A program made the position numbers and the translations under genes. The notes under the pieces were generated by a model that saw only the letters and a program-made list of their open reading frames with translations, was not told where the DNA came from and made no database searches. A stretch of DNA of 64,000 nt from Macrostomum hystrix (lineage: Eukaryota; Animalia; Platyhelminthes): contig CATNEN010000029.1 in the NCBI GenBank assembly GCA_950097015.1, positions 4,216,001-4,280,000 of the forward strand, in the 5' to 3' direction. This document shows, piece after piece, positions 25,001-37,000 of the stretch (positions are counted from its first letter, which is position 1; each line of letters begins with the position of its first letter).

Positions 25001-28000
25001 AGTAGCTGTAGTTGCCAAAAGTGATGTATCTCAGGAATGGTTCGCTATTGTTGTCATACTTGAGTGTGTTGGCAAACTCAGTTAGGTTGAGTAGGAAGCA
25101 GGCATCAGTGCCGATCGAGTCCATCTCAATCAGCAGGGTGTACATCTCTCTGTACGGGTAGGGGTTTCGCGAGCCAATTCGAGCTCCTTTGAGCGAGCGC
25201 TGAACTACAATGGACTTGGCAGCGAATCTGACAGACAGTGGATTTCTGGCTGTCAGGTTTACCATGTATGTACCGGGCGCGCTGTACTGGTGCTCTATGG
25301 TAGGCACGTTCAATAGGCCCTTCACCTTTCCATCGCCAAAGTTCCAGGTGTAAATGACATTTGTCTCTGAGCCGAACTGAGAAACTGCCTGCAAGACAAC
25401 AGGACTCTCGATCGGATAATATCCACCCATCTCACCCGACACGGCCTTGGAGTCGTTGCTATAGTACAACTGCAGGTTGACTCGACGCTCAAGGTTGACA
25501 ATCTCTGTGAACACGGCGTGACTAAAATTGACCACCTGCCAGCTGACAAGGTTTGAAACGTTGACGTACACGGTGTAGTTTCCGTAAGTCCTGTAACGAT
25601 AGGGCGGAGTGCTGTTGCAGTAGACGTAGCCGTTACCGAATCCCTCACAAAGGGAGTTATTCGCTTCGCTTCGATTGACGCAGCCAAATGAGATAGGACC
25701 CGTGACTACACCGTCTGAATAGTTGACCGTCATTGACATGTTAGTCGGTGGCTGCAGCTCCAGGACTGTCCGGTTGATGCATAGGTGATAGCTGAGGGGC
25801 AGTTTCGTGAGGTTCTGAGGCCGCAGGAGAAGGCTAACTTGACTTCCATTCAGTTTTAGTCCCCGCACGACGTGCTGAATGTAGATTGGCTCCGGTGGTA
25901 GACGCTGCCATTTTCCAACTGAGTTGTTGAACTCAAGCACGGGAAAGTAGGTTCCAACGCGTGCATACCTGTGCTCAAATGTGTAGTTGTACTCCAGTTT
26001 GCTTGGTGAGTAGGGAAATTGGAAATTCTGCGCATCTCCAAACAGCATTAAGGCAGTGGCTCGCGACCCCCACGTTCTCATCGACTGAAAGGTGACCGTC
26101 TCATTGATGATGTAGCCCGGCTTCGGGTGACTTACCGACGCCTCGTCAAACACCTGGTCAACTTCAAGCGTGTAGGTAGCTTTAAATACCGAAACAGCAT
26201 TGCTGATGTTGATGCTGAGCTGGTATGTGCCGAACTGGGTGTAATTGTAGCGATGACTCTGGTTATCGGATGCCGACCAAACTGCGAACCTCTCGGAGTC
26301 TCCGTTATCCAAATCCATCACCACCGTAGCGTCTGTGGGCAGCCTGGTGTTGTTGCCGTATGAGAACTTGACGGTGAGAAGGCCGGGCTGAAGCACCGGC
26401 ATGCGAACCGACCGAGGCACCGTCAGCTCCACCAGCGAGTCGAAAATCGGGTTCAGGATTACCAGCTTGAATATGCTGGTCCAGGTGTTGAGGGGATTCG
26501 ATAACGTAATGTTTATAGAGTATAATCCCGTTTTTTCCCAAGCGTGACTAAAGTTGAATGTGCCGTTTTCCGCTGTGATTAGCTCGAAGTATTGCGTGAT
26601 AGCGCTGTCACTGGCGTAGTTGACATTGATGGTGACATTCGAGCCGAGCTCGACAAACAGACTAATCGGGTACAGCACGGACGTGTTGAAGTTCGGAGGT
26701 CCGTAGTCAGCTCTGGGATTGGTGATGCGGTAGAAGACCCAGACCAGATTGGAAGCCGTCTCCTCACTGCTCAAGTAGTTGTCCGCCGTGACCACCAGCC
26801 TGTGCCAGCCGATTAACGGGAATGCTTCTCGTGGAATCAGCATGTAGCCAGACTGCGACATCTGGTCGTAAACAACGCAGTCTTGGCCAACCTGCAATTG
26901 GCCGACAACGCTAGGATAGACCCGGACGCCGAAGCCTGCGCTGTAGGTGAAGTTGACTCGCACGGAGTCGTTGAACGGATAGGCCGGCTGCAGCCAGATC
27001 GCGAAGCCATTCAGCGGCTCTTCCACGCGCCACGGCAGACGCCATTGATTGACGGAGATGGAGTTCCAGGCGGTGACCGTGACGGTGACGTTGACGCTGC
27101 CCGGTTGCCTGGCGTAGGCGTGAGTCAGGCCCTGCAGCTGAAGCCGGGCTAGCGGGCAGCTGCGCAGGTTGACGCTGACTGTGGCCTGGCTAGCTTGCAG
27201 AAGCGTCAGGCTCAGCCGCAGGTAGCGGGAGGCGCGGTTAGGCTCGGTGGCGACTGTCGGCATGACGTTCAACGGTACGGCGACAGGATCTGCCAACAGA
27301 GGAACTGCTTGCTGCGGGAGCGGGTTGGGTCTTGCGCTGGTTGCTTCTTCGTTGAAAAATAGCTCGTACGAGAAACAATTTTTTTCAATTGATTACGACT
27401 ACACGATTGGGCCAGATGTGCAGCCGACAGCACAGCCGCAGCTATAGCGCGGTGCATCTGAAAACTGCATACGGCTGTTCAGTCCATGGACTGGGGGACG
27501 CTACACCCACCGTCAACTACCCCAGATAATTCTGCTACCAAATAAGCAGCTTGTTGAGAGCTAAGTGTCTTGCTAAAGGACACAAGTTGATCCAGTGAAT
27601 TGAGGAATCGAACCCTCGACCTTCAAGTCGTGAGTCCGACCCTCCAAACCACTAAGCTACAACCCCTTAGGAAGGTCCAGTAGCTCAATAGGAGTAAAAG
27701 TCCGTGTTCTGCCTGACCTGAGCACTCACACAGGACACACAAACAGATGATAATCTGCCATGACTTCTACATTGTCAGTAAATTTATTAAATTCAGTATA
27801 TTTAAAACTACTATAAATTTAGTAGCTAACCGAAGTAACAGGCTGAAAGTTGAGGCCGTCTTGACTGTCCGACACATTCAATAGCACTCTGGACGGCTGG
27901 GTGCTAGAATTAACAAACGCCGAAATGGCATGACGCGGCGATAGGAACTGAATGACAAAGCTCTGTGATTGGTTGGCTATTAGATGCACGCCTGGCAACC

Positions 28001-31000
28001 AGAGCTGTTCCGGTCTGATGCTGTAGGAACCGGATGTGGCATTCACAACCACTGTTCTGCTAGCCTCCACGCTCATTGTGAAGTCTGTGCAGCCGTTGAC
28101 TTAAGTAAACAAAATTATGTTTACATAAAATTAGAACTTTATTTTGAGAGATACAGAAAAAGTTGTCTGTTTTTAATAAATTTTTTCAATGAATTTCCCG
28201 TTCTAATTCGAGCTGTTGGGAATTCTTGTCGCTCACCAGCTGAGAAGTAAATAGTCGATTGATTGCCTCCGATCGAGTCAAAATTTCTCGACGAATCCAG
28301 CAAGTCTCTATTGTAGACCCCGCAGTTCTGATCCACCACGGCTATTGTCAAAGCTTTGAACATGTCACCGAATCGGTTCAAGGTATAGTTGACGCACTCC
28401 CAGTAGCTTACTGAAAACGGTTTTAATACAAATAATGGATAGAAAAATCTATCATCTCTACTGACGACCTATTCATCAGTAGTGTTAAGCGGATATTTCG
28501 CTAACCGTTTGCTATGCGCAGCACAGTTGGCAATGAGGCGTTGGGCAGCAGGCCCGGGATGCGGAAGAACTGCCAATCCAGGAGAGACGAACTCAGCTCT
28601 GAAATTCATTCTCACCGTTTGTGTGTGAAACTGTTAATAATTGGCGCTTGTAGTACATGATATCGATTGCAGATTGGTAATATTCGAAAAAACTCAACCT
28701 TCAAAGTTAGAGCCATTAATCTGATCGATAGAGCCATCGCCCCAGGACACATTCACGGACACGTTGGTTCCTGTGGGATGGAGAGAAAATGGCATATTGT
28801 CTTTTTTGGGATTTTTATGGGCATTCCGATATTTTCATACATTGCGATTTTAGCTTCCCGGGACATTGTTGCATTGGCATTTTACTGTGCTATGATAAAA
28901 GCGGATTGCGATTCTAGCGCCTAATTGGGATTTTTAGGATTCTGTTGTACTGGGTTTTTGCTTTTCCCAATTTCAACGGTTTAAAATTGCAGCCTATTGG
29001 TAGTTTAGAGTATTGCAATTTTAGTGAATTGGGATTTTAGTGGATTAGGATTTTAGTGAATTGGGATTTTAGTGAATTGTGATTTTAATGGATAAGGATA
29101 TTAATGAATTAGGATTTTATTTACCTGGGATTTTAGTGAATTAAAATATTAGTTAACTGGGAAATTAGTGGATCAGGCTTTTAATGAATTGGGATTTAAT
29201 TTAACAGGGATTTTTAGCGAATTGGGATTTTCGTAAATTGGGATTTTAGTGAATTGGGATTTTAGTGAATTGGGATTATAGTGAGTTGGGATTTTAGTTA
29301 ACTGGGATTTTAGTTAACTAGGATTTTAGTGAATTGGGATTATAGTGAATTGGTATTTTAGTGAATTGGGATTTTAGTTAACTAGAATTTTAGTGAATTG
29401 AGGTTTTAGTGAATTGGGATTTTAGTGAATTGGGATTTTAGTGAATTGGGATTATAGTGAATTGGGATTTTAGTTAACTGGGATTTTAGTGAATTGGGAT
29501 TTTAGTGAATTGGGATTATAGTGAGTTGGGATTTTAGTTAACTGGGATTTTAGTTAACTAGGATTTTAGTGAATTGGGATTATAGTGAATTGGTATTTTA
29601 GTGAATTGGGATTTTAGTTAACTAGAATTTTAGTGAATTGAGGTTTTAGTGAATTGGGATTTTAGTGAATTGGGATTTTAGTGAATTGGGATTATAGTGA
29701 ATTGGGATTTTAGTTAACTGGGATTCTAGTTAACTAGGATTTTAGTGAATTGGTATTTTAGTGAATTGGGATTTTAGTCAACTAGGATTTGGTGAATTGA
29801 GATTTTAGTGAATTGGGATTTTAGTGAATTGGGATTTTAGTCAACTAGGATTTCAGTGAATTGGGATTTTAGTGAATTGGGATTTTAGTCAACTAGGATT
29901 TTGGTGAATTGGGATTTCAGTGAATTGGGATTTCAGTGAATTGGGATTTCTGCGCATTGGATTTCGGCCAGTTAGGATCTATTAGAATTTAGCATTTCAG
30001 AAAAATACAATTATAATTTGAGCATAGTTGAAGTATCTAAAAGAGTCGGACATTGACTGAGTCCTCTAATCCCAGACTCGCCTTGGCTGAGGTAGATTCT
30101 CAAGTTTTGCGAAACGTTCACGGTGCTGGCTCGCGGGTCGTCCAAGAAGCTGCCGAACATGCTGCCAACTTCGTCCAGCAGTTCAACAGATGACTGGAGA
30201 GTAAAAAAGATGTTGCTTTTAATTGTTAAATTTAGTTTTCTATTGCGAGATTGTAACGGTAGAAAGACAGCGGTGAGAATTTAAAATAGCCGAATTGTTT
30301 TTCTGTATCTCCTTAAATATTTAGCCGATCGCCATGGAAAACCAGAAAACGGCCTAAACTTCCTCAATCTATCCGATAGAAAAACCTCGCAGGATCACGA
30401 AACAAAGGCATCGTCGGGGTGTCTGCTGGCAAAAACAACCAATATGGTCATTCTTTTTTAAATACCCTGTGGTCGTCTTTCTATTGTTAAAGTAATTAGC
30501 TTTAAGTTACAGAGAGTTACAGTAAATTACAGTGAACGTGGACGTCGAAATGTAGTTTTTAGCCTGCAGGTTGACAGTGTAGCGGCCAGGTCTGACATAG
30601 GTGTGTGAAGCGGTCAGGGCCATTGTGGTGAGAGTGGCGCCGTCGCCGAAGTCCCAGTAAAATGTTGGCAGTGTGCCAACAAACGGCTGGCTTACATTGA
30701 ACTGCATCAGCCTGTGCGTGGCGACTGAAATTTAGTAATAGGACAAAACCAGTTTTCATGATTACTGCAGCAAGAACGCAGCTTGAAATAATCGCCCGAC
30801 AAACAACAAAGAAAATGACATAAAAACCACTTGGCTCCATCCGACAATCCATCAGACAATCCATCAGACAATCCATCAGACAATCCATCAGACAATCCAT
30901 CAGACAATCCATTAGACAATCCATCGACAGCAAGAAATATCACACCAAACTTCAATCAGACAGCAAGGTAAGCCTCTCAGTTCCATCAAGGTAAGCCCCT

Positions 31001-34000
31001 CAGTTCCATCAAGGTAAGCCCTCAGTTCCATCAAGGTAAGCCCCTCAGTTCCATCAATGTAAGCCCCTCAGTTCCATCAATGTAAGCCTCTCAGTTCCAT
31101 CAAGGTAAGCCCTCAGTTCCATCAATGTAAGCCCCTCAGTTCCATCAAGGTAAGCCCTCAGTTCCATCAAGGTAAGCCCCTCAGTTCCATCAATGTAGGC
31201 CCTCAGTTCCATCAAGGTAAGCCCCTCAGTTCCATCAATGTAAGCCCCTCAGTTCCATCAATGTAAGCCCTCAGTTCCATCAAGGTAAGCCCCTCAGTTC
31301 CATCAATGTAGGCCCTCAGTTCCATCAAGGTAAGCCCCTCAGTTCCATCAATGTAAGCCCTCAGTTCCATCAATGTAAGCCCTCAGTTCCATCAAGGTAA
31401 GCCCCTCAGTTCCATCAATGTAGGCCCTCAGTTCCATCAAGGTAAGCCCCTCAGTTCCATCAATGTAGGCCCTTAGTTCCATCAAGGTAAGCCCCTCAGT
31501 TCCATCAATGTAAGCCCCTCAGTTCCATCAATGTAAGCCCTCAGTTCCATCAAGGTAAGCCCCTCAGTTCCATCAATGTAGGCCCTCAGTTCCATCAAGG
31601 TAAGCCCCTCAGTTCCATCAATGTAAGCCCTCAGTTCCATCAATGTAAGCCCTCAGTTCCATCAAGGTAAGCCCTCAGTTCCATCAAGGTAAGCCCCTCA
31701 GTTCCATCAATGTAGGCCCTCAGTTCCATCAAGGTAAGCCCCTCAGTTCCATCAATGTAAGCCCCTCAGTTCCATCAATGTAAGCCCTCAGTTCCATCAA
31801 GGTAAGCCCCTCAGTTCCATCAATGTAAGCCCCTCAGTTCCATCAAGGTAAGCCCTCAGTTCCATCAAGGTAAGCCCCTCAGTTCCATCAATGTAGGCCC
31901 TCAGTTCCATCAAGGTAAGCCCCTCAGTTCCATCAATGTAAGCCCTCAGTTCCATCAATGTAAGCCCTCAGTTCCATCAAGGTAAGCCCTCAGTTCCATC
32001 AAGGTAAGCCCCTCAGTTCCATCAATGTAGGCCCTCAGTTCCATCAAGGTAAGCCCCTCAGTTCCATCAATGTAAGCCCCTCAGTTCCATCAAGGTAAGC
32101 CCTCAGTTCCATCAAGGTAAGCCCCTCAGTTCCATCAATGTAGGCCCTCAGTTCCATCAAGGTAAGCCCCTCAGTTCCATCAATGTAAGCCCCTCAGTTC
32201 CATCAATGTAAGCCCTCAGTTCCATCAAGGTAAGCCCCTCAGTTCCATCAATGTAAGCCACTCAGTTCCATCAATGTAAGCCCTCAGTTCCATCAATGTA
32301 AGCCACTCAGTTCCATCAATGTAAGCCCTCAGTTCCATCAATGTAAGCCGCTCAGTTCCATTAAGGTAAGCCCTCAGTTCCATCAAGGTAAGCTCTCAGT
32401 TCCATCAAGGTAAGCCCCTCAGTTCCATGAAGGTAAGGCCCTCAGTTCCATCAAGGTAAGCCCCTCAGTTCCATCAAGGTAAGGCCCTCAGTTCCATCAA
32501 GGTAAGCCCTCAGTTCCATCAAGGTAAGCCCTCAGTTCCATCAAGGTAAGGCCCTCAGTTCCATCAATGTAAGGCCCTCAGTTCCATCAAGGTAAGGCCC
32601 TCAGTTCCATCAAGGTAAGGCCCTCAGTTCCATCAATGTAAGCCCTCAGTTCCATCAAGGTAAGGCCCTCAGTTCCATCAAGGTAAGGCCCTCAGTTCCA
32701 TCAAGGTAAGCCCTCAGTTCCATCAAGGTAAGCCCTCAGTTCCATCAAGGTAAGGCCCTCAGTTCCATCAATGTAAGGCCCTCAGTTCCATCAAGGTAAG
32801 GCCCTCAGTTCCATCAAGGTAAGGCCCTCAGTTCCATCAATGTAAGCCCTCAGTTCCATCAATGTAAGCCCTCAGTTCCATCAAGGTAAGGCCCTCAGTT
32901 CCATCAAGGTAAGCCCTCAGTTCCATCAAGGTAAGCCCTCAGTTCCATCAAGGTAAGGCCCTCAGTTCCATCAATGTAAGGCCCTCAGTTCCATCAAGGT
33001 AAGGCCCTCAGTTCCATCAAGGTAAGGCCCTCAGTTCCATCAATGTAAGCCCTCAGTTCCATCAAGGTAAGCCCCTCAGTTCCATCAAGGTAAGGCCCTC
33101 AGTTCCATCAAGGTAAGCCCTCAGTTCCATCAAGGTAAGCCCTCAGTTCCATCAAGGTAAGCCCTCAGTTCCATCAAGGTAAGCCCTCAGTTCCATCAAG
33201 GTAAGCCCTCAGTTCCATAAAGCGGCAAATAAAGGCCAGCAACAAAGCGGACTCACACTGCGGTTGGCAACTGAATGAAATATTGCCCAGTGGCACCTGA
33301 ACATCGATGCTAAACACTGTGACGGATTCAGCTGCGCTTCGATTAGTCCACGGATTTTCCAATCGGACTGTTACATTGAATGCGTTGCGATCATTGCATC
33401 GACTGGCGTCCGCGACTGTCGCTCCGCATGGATTCTTTGTGTACTTTATTCTAGTCGCCATGGTAACTGAGCGCAAGATGTGCACTCTGAACAATAGACG
33501 GGAAGTGCTGTTTAATCCGTTAAGGTTGAGCGGAGTGCTGAAATTGAATCCACCGTTAATCCTTAGCCGACTGATTGTCATGCCACCAGTTGCCGACGAT
33601 GCCAGAACATTGTCATTTGATGGCAGCCAGACAGCCGGAATGTCGCCAAGTCTGACATCGAGGCCACCGCTGGCACTAGGAATCTGGTAGCTGCCGTATC
33701 CTGGCCGGCTGATGTTTAGGTTGAGCTGGCTGATCAGGCGGTACTCGGCCCAGCGGATTGCCATCGAGTTGTTCAACGCTGGATTGGAGCTGCATGTGCG
33801 CTCGTCTGGACTGTAGTAGCTCACCTCCTTCACCTCCTGTGCCTTCGCGCACTGCTGCACCTCCCTGATTGGAGCGGTGTTGCAGGTAGCCGCAGCCGCT
33901 GACGATGATGTCCCACTGACGCACAGTTGAAGTCTTGGACAGAAGGTAAAGCCGGACAGACTGCAGCTGGGTCGCCAGATCTGAAGGAAGTTCGGAAGGA

Positions 34001-37000
34001 TAGCTTAAGTAAGACAACTCGCAGGGAGACACGAATTTTTTTTAGTCTAATAATAAAAATGATTGCAGTAGGGCTGCGGGCAACGGCACATCATTTGGTG
34101 ACACTAGACCTGCAGCCAGCGAGGAGGCAATTCTGCCCATTCCGCTGACTCCTGAGTCCATCACTGGCACATCACGGTGAAAATTTACCTGAAAGTTGGC
34201 AGTTCCATTAGATAAAGCTCGATACTGAAATCCGACCACTGTGGCGTTCATTGAAAAGTTCTGATCTCGAAGAAAGTATAAGTGACTTCCAGCTGTGCCT
34301 GCTGGCGAACCGACAAGGGACCCCAGCCTGAACGGCTGCGTGTCTGCGGGAATGGAGAGAAAGGACAATCATCCACTTAGTCTATCACTCACTCACTCAC
34401 TAACTCACTCACTCACTCACTCACTCACTCACTCACTCACTCACTCACTCACTCACTCACTCACTCACTCACTCACTCACTCACTCACTCACTCACTCAC
34501 TCACTCACTCACTCACTCACTCACTCACTCACTCACTCACTCACTCACTCACTCACTCACTTATTAAAGCATCAAGCGACCCTTCACGCAATTTTATAGA
34601 AGACAAATATCTGAAGAATTCTAGCCTGCTGCGGAAAGAAAGGTAGCAAAATTTGCTCGAGCAATAAGGATCTGTGTACACAACTCTTAAGTCAACTCGA
34701 TTCATCCAGTTAGAAATTTTTTCTTAGAAAAGTTAGATGCGATCGGATCAGTTCATGTTGATTTTCGAATTCATTTTATTTCCTTATTGGGTATCATTAT
34801 GGCAATAATGGCTTCGTAAGTATCGAATTCAATTTATGCGCCTGTGTTTACATTAGCAACAGGTCGACAGTTGCTCACTCACTCACAAGCTTCTCAACAG
34901 TTCGGTTGAGAAGCTTGTTTGAGCCTAGGGGTCGAGGCCAGAGAAATTAAGAAGAGGTATATTTAAGGTAAAGATTTAGGGAAGCATACAGTACTAAAAT
35001 AAATGTTAAGGCGAAGTGTAGTTAAGGCGCGAAAGAGTTAGGCGAGGGAGAGTAAGGCGAGGGAGAGTAAGGTGAGGGAGAGTAAGGCGAGGTGTAGTTA
35101 AGGCGAGGGAGGGTAAGGCGAGGTGTAGTTAAGGCGAGGGAGAGTAAGGCGAGGTATAGTTAAGGCGACGGAGAGTAAGGCGAGGTGTAGTTAAGGCGAG
35201 GGAGAGATAAGGCGTGGTGTAGTTAAGGCGAGGGAGAGTAAGGCGAGGCGTTGTTAAGGCGAGGGAGAGTTGAGGAGAGGTGTAGTTAAGGTGAGGGAGA
35301 TCGATAAGGAGAGGTGTAGTTAAGGTGAGGGAGAGATAAGGCGAGGTGTAGTTAAGGCGAGGGAGAGATAAGGAGAGGTGTAGTTAAGGTGAGGGAGAGA
35401 TAAGGCGAGGTGTAGTTAAGGCGAGGGAGAGTAAGGCGAGGTGTAGTTAAGGCGAGGGAGAGTAAGGCGAGGGAGAGTAAGGCGAGGTGTAGTTAAGGCG
35501 AGGGAGAGATAAGGCGTGGTGTAGTTAAGGCGAGGGAGAGTAAGGCGAGGCGTTGTTAAGGCGAGGGAGAGTTAAGGAGAGGTGTAGTTAAGGTGAGGGA
35601 GATCGATAAGGAGAGGTGTAGTTAAGGTGAGGGAGAGATAAGGAGAGGTGTAGTTAAGGTGAGGGAGAGATAAGGCGAGGTGTAGTTAAGGCGAGGGAGA
35701 GTAAGGCGAGGAGTAGTTAAGGCGAGGGAGAGTAAGGCGAGGGAGAGTAAGGCGAGGGAGAGTAAGGCGAGGAGTAGTTAAGGCGAGGGCGAGTAAGGCA
35801 AGGTGTAGTTAAGGCGAGGGAGAGATAAGGCGTGGTGTAGTTAAGGCGAGGGAGAGATGAGGCGAGGCGTTGTTAAGGCGAGGGAGAGTTGAGGCGAGAA
35901 AGATTTAAGGCGAGGGAGATCATAACTCATGGAGAGTTGAGGCGAGGCAGAGCTAAGGTGAGTAATGTGCAAAACTCACCTGGCAAGCTGCTATAGTTGA
36001 CTCTCCTACCGTCACCCAGGTCCACACTGCCGCTCATCTGTGAGCCGACTCGAACTCTGAGCAGCAGGTCGAAATCGCGGTCGAATTCCACGAAGGTGGC
36101 GCTGACTAGCTCGACGCCGGCGATGCGGTACACAACCCGCAGCTTCTGGACGGCGGCTGTCGAACCCAGAGGAGCTAGGGCTGCGGCTGCTATGAGAGAA
36201 GACTGGCCTGCACCAGTGGCACAGGTGACAGGTGATGAAGGAATGATCTTAATAAAAAAACTCATGAACTCACTCATGGACTCACTCATGGACTTATGAG
36301 CTCATGAACTCACTTATGAACTCACTCATGGACTTATGAGCTCATGAACTCACTCATGAACTCACCCATGAACTCACTCATGAACTCACTCATGAACTCA
36401 CATCTTATGAACTCACTCATGAACTCACTCATGAACTCACTCATAAACTTACTTCATTAAATCACAATCCTAGCCCCGCCACACACCTGTAGCAGAATCG
36501 AACCGGTAATCCATGGTTGTGTCCAGCTCACTGGTCTCAGTCGCCAGACTCAAAGATTTCCCATCGCCCAGCGCAGCCGGCTCGCCGATCTGGAGTCGAT
36601 TTAGCGCGCTCAAATTGTTCCAAACGGCCAAGGTTGAAACGGAGTACACCTGGTCGGATACCTGGACAGCTTTGAACGGCCGCTGAGTAGATAAATCAAC
36701 GAGAGACATGCCTGTAACAGTTTTTAAGGTGGATGAGTTTAGGGCGATGAAGCAATGCAAGGCAGTTTTAATTGTCCTGCTAAAGGGTGCACTTTTTCCA
36801 GTAGAGCCTGGAATCGAACTCCCGACCTTCGATTCGTGAGTCCGACACTCTAATTAACAGGACAAAACCACCTTAAGATTAGATTTTAAATGTACTTTTT
36901 ATGGTCATGCGATGATAATAATCATTTCTGTAGGGCTGCGGGCAGTGGCACATCATTGGTGACACTAGACCCGCAGCCAGCGAGGAGGCAATTCTGCCCA

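Noticed and set aside
15357-26816. Plus-strand and alternative-frame ORFs overlapping polycystin exons
   Set aside because: These are antisense or shifted-frame shadows of GC-rich coding sequence.
27395-27457. Apparent Cys-rich mini-exon APRYSCGCAVGCTSGP after a TTTTCAG acceptor
   Set aside because: It is followed by in-frame stops and is part of SINE copy B, matching copy A at about 21040-21090.
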